Below, piece after piece: positions 46,773 through 59,800 of a DNA stretch of 64,000 nt. The position numbers and the translations under genes were made by a program. Under the pieces are notes generated by a model, which was not told where the DNA came from, did no database searches, and was given only the letters and a program-made list of their open reading frames with translations. The DNA is taken from the NCBI RefSeq assembly GCF_032444005.1, contig NC_091284.1:37386001-37450000 (forward strand), given 5' to 3'. Every line of letters begins with the position of its first letter. The stretch's first letter is position 1. The DNA is from Ranitomeya imitator (taxonomy: Eukaryota).

Positions 46773-49700
46773 ATGAATCCTAAACGAGGGCGAACGGGCA
46801 GACGGAGGAAGAAAAAGGTTCTAGGAACATCCACAGGTAAGCGATGCTTATGTAGAAAGACCCCATTCCTGGCCAATGGGGGAAGTACAGACTAATTCCC
46901 CCTACACCGACTGGTGACCTGTCCGTAATAAGTCACCTGTGTAGTCATACTGGTGTCTGAGTCCAGATCCTACAGGGGAACACAAAGCCCACGAGGCTCA
47001 GATCAAGTGTGAACCGAACTGAACAGGGAACTATCGAAAGCCCTTGTAGAGTACTTACGCCCCATGTACCCCTTTATCAAGTAGCAAGGTCATCAGTGAT
47101 GCCATATAATGTACTTCCTCCACAAGTGCCCCCTTATCAAGTACTTTGCCCTCAGTGCCCCCCCATATAAAGTAATAATGACCCTTGTGGCCCCTTATTA
47201 AATACTTCTGCCCCAAGTTCCCCCTTATCAAGTAATAGTGCTGCTAGAGCCCCTTATGATGGGATAATGGCCAGGTGCCCCCTTATGATGGGATAATGCC
47301 CGAGTGCCCCCTTATGATGCGATAATGCCCGAGTGCCCCCTTTTGATATGATAATGCCCGAGTGCCCCCTTTTGATGCGATAATGCCCGAGTGCCCCCTT
47401 TTGATGTGATAATGTCCGAGTGCCCCCTTATGATGCGGTAATGGCTCGAGTGCCCCCTTATGATACTATAATGGCCCGAGTGCCCCCTTATGATGCGGTA
47501 ATGGCTCGAGTGCCCCCTTATGATACTATAATGGCCCGAGTGCCCTCTTATGATGTCATAATGGTCGGGTGCCTCCTTATGATGGGATAATGCCCGAGTG
47601 CCCCCTTATGATGGGATAATGCCCGAGTGCCCCCTTATGATGGGATAATGCCCGAGTGCCCCCTTATGATGGGATAATGCCCGAGTGCCCCCTTATGATG
47701 GGATAATGCCCGAGTGCCCCCTTTTGATGCGATAATGCCCGAGTGCCCCCTTTTGATGCGATAATGCCCGAGTGCCCCCTTTTGATGCGATAATGCCCGA
47801 GTGCCCCCTTTTGATGCGATAATGCCCGAGTGCCCCCTTATGATGCGATAATGTCCCGAGTGCCCCCTTATGATGCGGTAATGGCCCGAGTGCCCCCTTA
47901 TGATACTATAATGGCCCGAGTGCCCTCTTATGATGTCATAATGGCCGGGTGCCTCCTTATGATGGGGTAATGCCTGAGTGCCCCCTTATGATGGGATAAT
48001 GCCCGAGTGCCCCCTTATGATACTATAATGGCCCGAGTGCCCCCTTTTGATGTGATAATGTCCGAGTGCCCCCTTATGATGCGATAATGGCCCGAGTGCC
48101 CCCTTATGATGCGGTAATGGCTCAAGTGCCCCCCTTATGATACTATAATGGCCCGAGTGCCCCCTTATGATGCGATAATGGCCCGAGTGCCCCCTTATGA
48201 TGCGGTAATGGCTCGAGTGCCCCCTTATGATACTATAATGGCCCGAGTGCCCTCTTATGATGTCATAATGGTCGGGTGCCTCCTTATGATGGGATAATGC
48301 CCGAGTGCCCCCTTATGATGGGATAATGCCCGAGTGCCCCCTTATGATGGGATAATGCCCGAGTGCCCCCTTATGATGGGATAATGCCCGAGTGCCCCCT
48401 TATGATGGGATAATGCCCGAGTGCCCCCTTATGATGGGATAATGCCCGAGTGCCCCCTTATGATGGGATAATGCCCGAGTGCCCCCTTATGATGGGATAA
48501 TGCCCGAGTGCCCCCTTATGATGGGATAATGCCCGAGTGCCCCCTTATGATGGGATAATGCCCGAGTGCCCCCTTATGATGGGATAATGCCCGAGTGCCC
48601 CCTTATGATGGGATAATGCCCGAGTGCCCCCTTATGATGGGATAATGCCCGAGTGCCCCCTTATGATACTATAATGGCCCGAGTGCCCCCTTATGATGCG
48701 GTAATGGCTCGAGTGCCCCCTTATGATGGGATAATGCTCGAGTGCCCCCTTATGATGCGATAATGCAGAGTGCCCCCTTATGATGCGATAATCGCTCGAG
48801 TGCCCCCTTATGATGCGATAATGCAGAGTGCCCCCTTATGATGCGATAATCGCTCGAGTGCCCCCTTATGATGCGATAATGCAGAGTGCCCCCTTATGGT
48901 GCGATAATGCTCGAGTGCCCCCTTATGATGCGATAATGCAGAGTGCCCCCTTATGATGTGATAATGCTCGAGTGCCCCCTTATGATTTATAATTATAATT
49001 TAAATCAGACCACCTTTATTTATCTCAAATAATAAAATGTAAAAAATAAAACCGCATATTCTATATTGCTACGCATGTAATTGTTTTATTCCAAAGTGTG
49101 AATGCTGAAAAAAATCAGAATAGCAGAATATCAAAATATTTTTTTATTTACGTAATTAAAAAAGAAATGAAAAATAATCAAAAAGTCATCTAGAACCTAA
49201 AATGGTATCAATAAAAACTACAGCCGGCACAGGTAAACACAAGCCCAATGTCTGTGAATAAAAAAGTTATGGCTCTGATAATATGGGGAAGGTTTTATCA
49301 TTTTTTTTTTATGTAGTAAAACATAAAGACCCTATAGAAATGTGGTATCACCAAAACCATAGTGTTATTTGTTCTGCACAGTGAAAGTGGTAAAGACAAA
49401 ACCCAAAAGACAACTGCAAAATTGCATATTTTCTTGTTTGTTTTTTTTTTTTTTTACACTATTTTTATGTTACCTTTAGGGAACCCGAGTCATGAAAGGC
49501 AGTACGTCCGGCTGATGAGGTGGATGAAGGAGAGAGGGTTTCGGGACAAGCGACTGAGGACGGCACATTTTCCAGGTAAAAATTAAGAAGATAATAAACA
49601 TAAGCCGACATATTGGAGTGGAGGTCCTTTGTGTGCCACTGATCTACCCCAAATGATGGCGGTGCCCAGAGAGCTACTTGCCACCCAATTAGTCACAGGG

Positions 49701-52700
49701 GGAGTTATATCAATTTCGATCAATTTTTAGGACTTTTTGAAGACAAGCTATTTATCTCGTATATTAGGACATATGGATGTCATAGTGTTGGCAGGTTTCC
49801 TATACGAGGCTGCCGTTCTTCAATTCCTTAGAAAAGCAAATGCCATGGCTACTAGTTTCCAACTCCTTTCTGAAAGGGGGTTGTCTCTGATCTGACCGCA
49901 AGCTTATATCACTTTGCGTATGCATCTCCTAGGTAGTGCATTGTGTCTCCATGGTTACAGACTACAAACAAACCCTGCGTAGTCTGATCCTCCTCTTCTT
50001 GCTGGCCTTCCTCTGCTTCTTCTCGGATTTCACTGTTCACACTTTCTAACTCCTGATTTTCCTTGTCTTCCAGATACGGGGAGAGGACTGATGAGCGCTC
50101 AGCGGCTGCAGGTCGGTGATAATTCTCTTACAGTAATAATATAGAGTTTTGAATTAAAGGGGTATTCCAGCCTAGATAAATATTAGATCAGTGTGGGTCC
50201 CACCACTAGGAATATCTCTAACCGCCAGAACCTTGTGTCCAACGTTCTCCCCTGTCGACAATCCCAGGAGGGATTGAATGAAGGTGTAGTCGCATGACCG
50301 GCTTAATTCAACCCTTCCTAGTCATGATCGATGAGAACATTGGAGACAAGTCCGCCATTCTGACGATCAGTGGGGAGCGTAGTAGTGGGACATATCTGAC
50401 AGTTATCAGTGGATAGGGGATAATTTATGTAGACCGGAATATTTAACGGCTGTCCAGTTATGGGGACTTTATTTTTATATGGGCAAGAGATAAGGTTGAT
50501 AAATAGCGGCACTCACCACTACTTTAGAATAACATTATTGGAATAACATGTGCAAGACATAGACCTAGGAGAACGAGCGGCCCTTGTTTCGCATAAAATG
50601 AGCTTCTTCCAGCTCATGCCTCATAGAGGAGAGAACCTCCTTTTTAACGAATCTCCAATAAACTAATCAGGTGCGCAAAACTTTACAAAAAAAAAAAAAA
50701 TAAACAAACCATACATTCACAAGGAAACAATAACACATATCGAAAATACAGAATACCTATTCACATGATTATAATCAGTGCAAGAATGGACTAAGGCTAC
50801 GTTCAGACTAGCGTTGTGCTAGTGTGCGTCGGGTTAGCGTCGGGCGACGCAGCGGCGACGCACGCGTCATGCGCCCCTATGTTTAACATGGGGGACGCAT
50901 GCGTTTTTGTTTGTTGCGTTTTGCGACAAATGCGTCTTTTTTGCCGCAAGCGTCGGACCAAGAAAACGCAACAAGTTGCATTTTTCTTGCGTCCGATTTT
51001 CGGCAAAAAACGATGCACGCGTCGCAAAACGCAGCGTTTTTGCATGCGTTTTGCCGTGTTTTTGCGTGCGTTGCGTCGCCGACGCAGCGGCGCACAACGC
51101 TAGTCTGAACGTAGCCTTAGATCATGTCGTTCATTGAGTCCCAACCGACCCAGAGATTCTGTTTTCCGAATAAAATAAATAAATAGAGCCCTCGATTATA
51201 TCTATCTGGACATCCATAAACTCGATAAAATTCGTTCCTATTCAGCTTGTGAACTTCATGTTCACCTGATTGTCATTAAGATAAACCACAAAATCCTAAA
51301 ATAACTGTGGGGTGCCCTCCCATAGAATCAAAATGTAATCAATGAAATGTAAGTAGGTCTTTATATTAATGGCAAAAGGATTGGACACACTAAAAACCTT
51401 ATCTATCTCAAACTGGCCAAGAAAAATATTAGCAAAACTTGGTACAACTGGCGTGCCCATCGCGGTGCCAGCTAGTGACTACCACCTTACTATACCATAC
51501 TGGGATATAGGTCTCCATTCTGTCGGCAGCACGGAATATTGTCCACTAACTCCCGTTTCAGTCTGATCAAAGCAACCTGGGCTTCCATAACCCCTCAGCA
51601 GTGCCACAGGCTGATTGCCTCCATGCCACGCTGCATTGATGCAGTAATTGATACAAAATGAACCCCGACCAAGTATTGAGTGCATTTACTGAACATACAT
51701 TTCAGTAGGATAACATTTCGGATTTTAAAATCATTTTTCAAGCTGGTGTTATAAAGTATTCTAATTTACTGAGATAATGACTTTTGGGTTTTCATTGGCT
51801 GAAAGCCATAATCATCAACATTAACAGAAACAAACACGAAATAGATCACTCTGTGTGTAATGTCTATATAATATAGGAGTTTCACTTTTTGTATCCAAGA
51901 ACTGAAATAAATTATGTTTTTGATATNNNNNNNNNNNNNNNNNNNNNNNNNNNNNNNNNNNNNNNNNNNNNNNNNNNNNNNNNNNNNNNNNNNNNNNNNN
52001 NNNNNNNNNNNNNNNNNNNNNNNNNNNNNNNNNNNNNNNNNNNNNNNNNNNNNNNNNNNNNNNNTCAGGTTTCTTTACTACTCTTTCGCCGTTTGGCTCT
52101 AATGAGCTTTGCACATTCGGCTTTGATGTGGATGATTAATCTGCTTGGAAACAGACAAGAAGAGTTAGAAACTTTCTCATTACGTCGTCAGAATGAGCTC
52201 ACTGACATATTCTCAGTTAACCCTTTCTGCAGCCAGTAATAGACGCTCTAACTATGGAAGGCAAACGGTGCAGAATTTCTAATGATGCCTAATTGCAAAA
52301 ATGATTTTTAGCCAAAATACCGTACATGCATATAAGAAAAAAAGACCTCAATGGTGTCCAACCCTATAACTTGTTGTAAACTGTTGCCTTACTTTTAGGA
52401 AAGTTACTTTAAAAGAAAAAATATGAAACCTAAGACTCCATTTCCTCTGTTTTCTGTTCTTAGCCGGGAGAGATAATTATTTCCCTACCAGAGTCTTGTC
52501 TGCTGACCACCGACACTGTCCTCTCCAGTTACCTTGGCAAGTATATCCGCGGGTGAGGATTTCATGACTCCATGTTGTTTTTGGTGCCTGTTCTGGGGAC
52601 TGGACCGCTGATGTCCACCATCGACTTGGATGAGATGTGTCATCTTTCAGAGCTAATTGTTTTCCTTCCAAGGCGTCTACCGTTTTGTTTCTGCAGCGCC

Positions 52701-53787
52701 AATGCAGAACTATGTGTCTCCATAGTAACAATGAACAAACTAGTCTGACTCTGCTATCGTAATCCTTTCTGTTCATCCCCTTATTTTATCTGTACCGTAG
52801 AAAGAAGTAGAGGACAGATGGAAGAAACTGTGTCTTTGGGATCAGACTACATAGTTTCTGTTTGTAGTCTGTTACCATGGAGACACAAAAGCATTCATAG
52901 GAGCAAAAGACGCAAAACGAGGCACAGTTACATCAGTGTTTACGTCCAGCGAGCGCTATTGCTTCGTATAAAGCGTTTTTGTGTTTCTGGCTAGGTGGCG
53001 CCCCCCTGTGTCCCCGTTGCTGGCTCTGTGCACATTTTTGGTCCTGGAGAGGTACTTAGGAGCACAGTCCCCATGGCAGCCGTACTTGGATGTATTACCC
53101 AGAGCCTACGACTGTCCGGTGTACTGGGAGGCTGACACTGTGAATTTTTTGCCCGATCCTGTTAAACAGAAAGCCATGGAGCAGCGGCGCACCGTTCAGG
53201 AACTCTTCTCTTCAGCGCGGCCGTTCTTCCGGTCCCTGAATCCCTTGTTTCCTGACATCGTGGAGGAGATCCTGACCTATGAAGCCCTGCGGTGGGCCTG
53301 GTGCACGGTGAATACCAGGACGGTGTATAAGAAGCACGCCCAGAGAGAATGTTTTACTGCAGAGCCGGATGTGTACGCTCTGGCGCCATATTTAGATCTA
53401 CTGAACCACAGTGCAGGGGTCCAGGTAACCCATAAATGACGACTGCTGTGTATAGGGGTGGTGTACGGACGAGGGCCGTGTTTGGGGGGTGTACTAAGTC
53501 ATTTCAGCTTCTAACACCTTTCTGGATATTTTTGTCTTCACTTTGATCTTATTTTTCTGACTTTTTTTAATTTACTTTTTTTGTGAGGTGGAAGCAGCTT
53601 TCAATGAGAAGAGTCGGTGCTACGAGATAAGGACAATGGTCCAGTATAAGAAATTTCAGCAGGTGTTTATATGCTACGGACATCATGATAATCAGCGCCT
53701 CCTCCTGGAGTACGGCTTTACTGCAGCTAATAATCCTCATCAAAGTGTGTATGTGACAAAAGGTGAGAATAATGTCAGTGTAACTGC

Positions 53788-53818
<31 letters not shown>

Positions 53819-56800
53819 ATCTATTATCTATTTCAACATTGAAAATTGGAATATACGAGAGTAGACGTTCAGCTCCTAAAACGATTTCTTTATTCTTCCA
53901 AAAATTTAAAACCTAGTGAACGGCAGACTCCTCTAGACATGTGTATGAGCACACCAGGCACTGGCGACCGAGAGACAGCTTTGACAAAGATCCACATTAG
54001 GATCGAAACGCGTTGCTCGGTCGCCAGTGCCTGGTGTGCTCATTCACATGTCTAGAGGAGTCTGCCTGTTGTGAATTCAGCTTTTGGGCTCCCTCCGGTG
54101 GTTGTAGAGGGTAATGCAGTTGTGCCTGGACTGCAGGATTGGACAGGTGTATCTACTAATTGCAAAACTGACTGGGGTATATAGCTTTGCAGTACTCTTT
54201 AGTCCCTGCCAGTTGTCCATTGTTTTTGGAGGATTCACTTCCCTGCTGGTCTCTCCTGTTTGCGGTGCTTTTCTTTAAAGATAAGTCCTGGTTTTGTTTT
54301 TGCTGTCCACCTGCTGTGGACCTTATAGTTCTGTGCATATTCATGTTTTTGTCTTGTCCAGCTTTGTCTGTGAAGGATTTTTTGCAGCCAAGCTGTGTCT
54401 CTGGAGATGCAGATATACCCCCCATGTCTTTAGTCAGATGTGGTGTTTCATATTTTCTGCGGTGGATATTTTCTAGTGTTTTAATACTGACCGCATAGTA
54501 CTCTGTTCTATTCTTTCTTTTTAGCTAGAATGGCCTCCTATGCTAAATCCTGATTTCATATCTGCGTATGTTATTTCCCTCTCCTCTCGCAGTCAATATT
54601 TGTGAGGGCTATCTATCCTTTGGGGATTTTCTCTGAGGCAAGATAAGTTTCCTGTTTCTGTCTTTAGGGCAAGTTAGTTCTTAGGCTGTGTCGAGGGGTC
54701 TAGGGAGTGTTAGGTACCCCCCACGGCTACTTCTAGTTGCGCTGCTAGGTTCAGGGTTTGCGGTCAGTACAGGGACCACCTTCTCCAGAGTCCGTCTCAT
54801 GCTGCTCCTAGGCCACCAGATCATAACATCTGCCGTTCACTATGTTTTAAATTTTTGGAAGAATAAAGAAATCGTTTAAGGAGCTGGAACGTCTACTCTC
54901 GTATATTGCTGAATAACGTCAGATCCTGACGGGAGTTCTGTGCACCTGGGGCAGTCGATGAGCTGGCTAGGGTGTTAAGCCCAAACTCTTTTTCTTATAC
55001 ATAGAAAATTGGAACAGCACTTTACCAATAGGCAGCACTCCATAGTTTAAAGGTGAAAAAAAATGTGGTTTTATTTCAAACCCACAGCATATGGGTTTGA
55101 AATAAAATCAAAATTTTTTTCACCTTTAAACTATGGAGTGCCAGCTGCATTTTTNNNNNNNNNNNNNNNNNNNNNNNNNNNNNNNNNNNNNNNNNNNNNN
55201 NNNNNNNNNNNNNNNNNNNNNNNNNNNNNNNNNNNNNNNNNNNNNNNNNNNNNNNNNNNNNNNNNNNNNNNNNNNNNNNNNNNNNNNTGTAGATACAATT
55301 CTGCAGTTTGTGTCCATAAATGATAAACAATTACAGAAGAAGTGGTCACTGCTTAAAGAAAATGGCTTTTTAGAGTAAGTTCCTATTGTCCTCTTTTGTC
55401 ATATGAAAGTTTCCTATTGCTGCAAAAGGTTGTTTCATGTTAAATTTACTTTTTTGATTTGTAATACTATTTTTTTTTTTTCATTAAAAAAAAAAAAAAA
55501 AAAATAACATTTTGAAATCTTGCCCACTACACTCATATTTCCTATTGTATACAGAAGATTTTTATGTCATTATCACCACAGATAGAATTACATTGACTGA
55601 TAACACCTCTATATACAGTAGATAGCACAGGATCCACCATTCACAATAGGTGATGTCACAGCTCACCTCCTCCTCCTGTACAATGACTGATAGCACCTCT
55701 ATATACAGTAGATAACACAGGATCCACCATTCACAATAGGTGATGTCACAGCTCACCTCCTCCTCCTGTACAATGACTGATAGCACCTCTATATACAGTA
55801 GATAACACAGGATCCACCATTCACAATAGGTGATGTCACAGCTCACCTCCTCCTCCTGTACAATGACTGATAATACGTCTATATACAGTAGATAACACAG
55901 GATCCACCATTCACAATAGGTGATATCACAGCTCACCTCCTCCTCCTGTACAATGACTGATAACACCTCTATATTCAGTAGATAGCACAGGATCCACCAT
56001 TCACAATAGGTGATATCACAGCTCACCTCCTCCTCCTGTACAATGACTGATAACATCTCTATATACAGTAGATAACACAGGATCCACCATTCACAATAGG
56101 TGATATCACAGCTCACCTCCTCCTCCTGTACAATGACTGATAACATCTCTATATACAGTAGATAACACAGGATCCACCATTCACAATAGGTGATATCACA
56201 GCTCACCTCCTCCTCCTGTACAATGACTGATAACACCTCTATATACAGTAGATAACACAGGATCCACCATTCACAATAGGTGATGTCACAGCTCACCTCC
56301 TCCTCCTGTACAATGACTGATAACACCTCTATATACAGTAGATAACACAGGATCCACCATTCACAATAGGTGATGTCACAGCTCACCTCCTCCTCCTGTA
56401 CAATGACTGATAACACCTCTATATTCAGTAGATAACACAGGATCCACCATTCACAATAGGTGATATTACAGCTCACCTCCTCCTCCTGTACAATGACTGA
56501 TAACATCTCTATATACAGTAGATAGCACAGGATCCACCATTCACAATAGGTGATATCACAGCTCACCTCCTCCTCCTGTACAATGACTGATAGCACCTCT
56601 ATATACAGTAGATAACACAGGATCCACCATTCACAATAGGTGATATCACAGCTTACCTCCTCCTCCTGTACAATGACTAATAACACCTCTATACAGTAGA
56701 TAACACAGGATCCACCATTCACAATAGGTGATGTCACAGCTCACCTCCTCCTCCTGTACAATGACTGATAACACCTCTATATACAGTAGATAACACAGGA

Positions 56801-59800
56801 TCCACCATTCACAATAGGTGATGTCACAGCTCACCTCCTCCTCCTGTACAATGACTGATAACACCTCTATATTCAGTAGATAACACAGGATCCACCATTC
56901 ACAATAGGTGATGTCACAGCTCACCTCCTCCTCCTGTACAATGACTGATAACACCTCTATATACAGTAGATAACACAGGATCCACCATTCACAATAGATG
57001 ATGTCACAGCTCACCTCCTCCTCCTCTTCACAATGAACCTTGCCTTGATTAGAGCAAGAAGCGTCTTACTCAGTCTATCGCTGCTATTATCCATGTGAAG
57101 AACAGGAAGAGGAGTCTGACCTTAGGCCCCGTGCCCAATGATGATATTTTTTTTTAATAGATCTGAAAAATTTAGCTAAAACATTCCTTTTGGTTGGGTA
57201 GCAGATCGCCCTTTCCCTCACACAGCTGTCTCTCGGCTGTGTTTTTTCGCATCTGCACTGTTTCATTAGGGGATTCCACTTTATCCGTATTCTGCCTGCA
57301 CAATAGGTGCTGGAACATCCTTTTCCTAACTTCTCATAAGCCAATGGTTAGCTTGTCCAAAGCGGATAGCCTGCCACTCTAAGCATCCAACGACCTTTTA
57401 TTTTTTTAATCTCCAGGAGGTATTTTGTGATGGAAGCAATTTCTTATTATCCGTTAGTGACTGCCATACTGTTGTCTGCTTCCAGGAATCTGACGTTTGG
57501 ACGGGATGGTCCCTCATGGAGGCTGCTGACAGCGTGCCGGCTCCTGTGCCTCGGAGCTGATGAATTGTATGAAATGTGTTTTGTTTTCAACCATCAGTAT
57601 GAATCCCCCTCCCTATCCGGCCTATGAGATGTCTGTGTGCTTTGTGAACGTTGTTCCAATGTCTCACTATCTGCTGCAGAACCTCTTTAAAACAAGACGA
57701 ATGGCTGTTACTTCAACCAGTCAATGACTAACATAAAAATGTATCTTTTCTATTTTCAAAGAGGTTCTGCAGCAGCTTAAGTGCACTGTGAGGACAATAA
57801 TTATTTGATATACTGACGATTTTGCAAGTTTTCCCACCTACACAGAATGGAGATTTCTGTAATTTTTATCGTAGGTACACTTCACCTGTGAGAGACAGAA
57901 TCTAAAAATAAAACCAGAAAATCACTTTGTAGGATTGCATGCAATAAAATGCAATTTAATTATGTCAAAATAAGTATTTGATCACCTACCAACCTGCAAG
58001 AATTCTGGCTCTCACAGACCTGTTAGTTTCTCTCTAAGAAGCCTCCTACTCTGCACTTATTACCTGTATTAATTGCACCTGTCCACATAATCAATCACAG
58101 TCCAACCTCTCCACCATGGCCAAGAACAAAGAGCTGTGTAAGGATATTGGGGGCAGAATTGTAGTCCTGCCCAAGGCTGGGATACAGGACAATAGGCAAG
58201 CAGCTTGGTGAGAAGGCAACAACTGTTGGCACAATTATTAGAAAATGGAAGAAACACAAGATGACTGTCAGTCTGGGGCTCCATGGAGAATTTCGGCTCG
58301 TGAGGTAAGGATGATTCTGAGAAAGGTCAGGAATCAGCTCAGAACTACACAGGAGGACCTGGTCCATGGCCTGAAAAGAGCCGGGACCACAGTCTCAAAC
58401 ATTTCCGTTCGTAACACACTACGCCGTCATGGATTAAAATCCTGCAGGGCACTCAAGGTTCCCCTGCTCATGCCAGCACAGGTCCAGGCACGTTTGAAGT
58501 TCACTAATGACCATCTGGATGATCCAGAGGAGGCATCAGAGAAGGTCATGTGGTCGGATAAGACCAATATACAATTTTTGGTTATCAACTGCACTCGCCG
58601 TGTTTGGAGGAAAAAGGATGAGTACAACTCCAATAACACCATCCCAACCGTGAAGCATGGTGGGGGAAACATCATACATTGGGGGTGTTTATCTGCAAAG
58701 GGGACAGGACGACTGCACCGTATTGAAGGGAGGATGGATGGGGTCATGTATCGTGACACTTTGGCCAACAACTTCCTTCCCTCTCTAAGTGCATTGAAGA
58801 TGGGTCGTGGTTGGGTCTTCCAGAATGACAGTGACCCAAAACACACAGCCAGGACAACTAAGGAGCTGCTCCGTAAGAAGCATCCCAAGGTCCTGGAGTG
58901 GCCTAGCCAGTCTCCAGACCTGAACCCAATAGAAAATCTTTGGAGGGAGCTGAAACTCAATGTTACCCAGTGACAGCCCCGAAAGATCTGGAGAAGATCT
59001 GTATGGAGGAAGGGGCCAAAATCCCTGCTGCAGTGTGTGCAACCCTGGTCAAGAACTACAGGAAACGTCTGACCTCTGTAATTACAAAGGTTTCTGGACC
59101 AAATATTAAGTTCTGTTGTATCAAATACTTATTTTATGTAATAAATGCAAATTAATAATGTAGAAATCCTACAATGTGACTTTCTGGTTTTTATTTGTAG
59201 ATTCTGTCTCTCACAGGTGAAGTGTACCGACGATAAAAATGACAGACCTCTCCATTCTTTGTAGGTGGGAAAACTTGCAAAATCGTCAGTATATCAAATC
59301 CTTATTTTCCCCACTGTATATTGCAACAGCCGAAGTAATGCACCGTCTAATATTCACCCCGGCTATTGCAGAAGGTAACCTTTCATGAAGCTACTGCTCC
59401 TCAGCCACAAAGAAGTTCTGCAGCATCTATAGTGTGCAATATTGGGAGCTTCACGGTAACCACTTCAAGACTGATGATGACGAATATTTACATCATCGAT
59501 CGTGTCCCTGCCTTTGACGCGGACTCCAGTACTGAGCCCGCACTTGAAGCTGTGATCTAGTGTTAAATCAGCTATCAAGTCCCTAAGGGGTCTGTTAAAA
59601 GCAGCAAAAAGTGTAAAATAAAAAAAAAAAAAAAAATTAAATAATAAAAAACACAAAAGTTGAAATCATCCCTCTTAAAAATAAAAAAATAAAAAAAAAC
59701 AAAAACACATCTTTGGAATCGCTGCATTCTGAAATTCCCAACCTATGAAACTATAAAGTAAATTAATCCAATTAGTAAAGAGCGTAACGAGAATGACCTT

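Larger units (their letters stand above)
32838..47296. repeat. Segmental tandem duplication, copy B
   Basis: Junction GGGATAA-CATTAGTGACC at 32834-32851 joins the first minisatellite unit to the copy-A start through a shared TAA. Confidence 0.92.

Noticed and set aside
47262-48985. CRISPR-like appearance of regular ~29-bp repeats
   Set aside because: Units are contiguous with no unique spacers, there are no cas genes, and the context is a eukaryotic intron.
53580-53590. GAG splice acceptor of a SETD4 exon as evidence of pseudogenisation
   Set aside because: It has a strong polypyrimidine tract, the correct phase and an open frame; GAG acceptors are rare but functional.
51821-55378. ORFs containing X runs
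   Set aside because: Artefacts of translating through N gaps; only 55293-55374 is a real SETD4 exon.
55562-57014. 391-aa and 122-aa repetitive ORFs ([22 protein letters not shown])
   Set aside because: Products of the 90-bp tandem repeat, antisense within a SETD4 intron; the frame breaks at indel variants.
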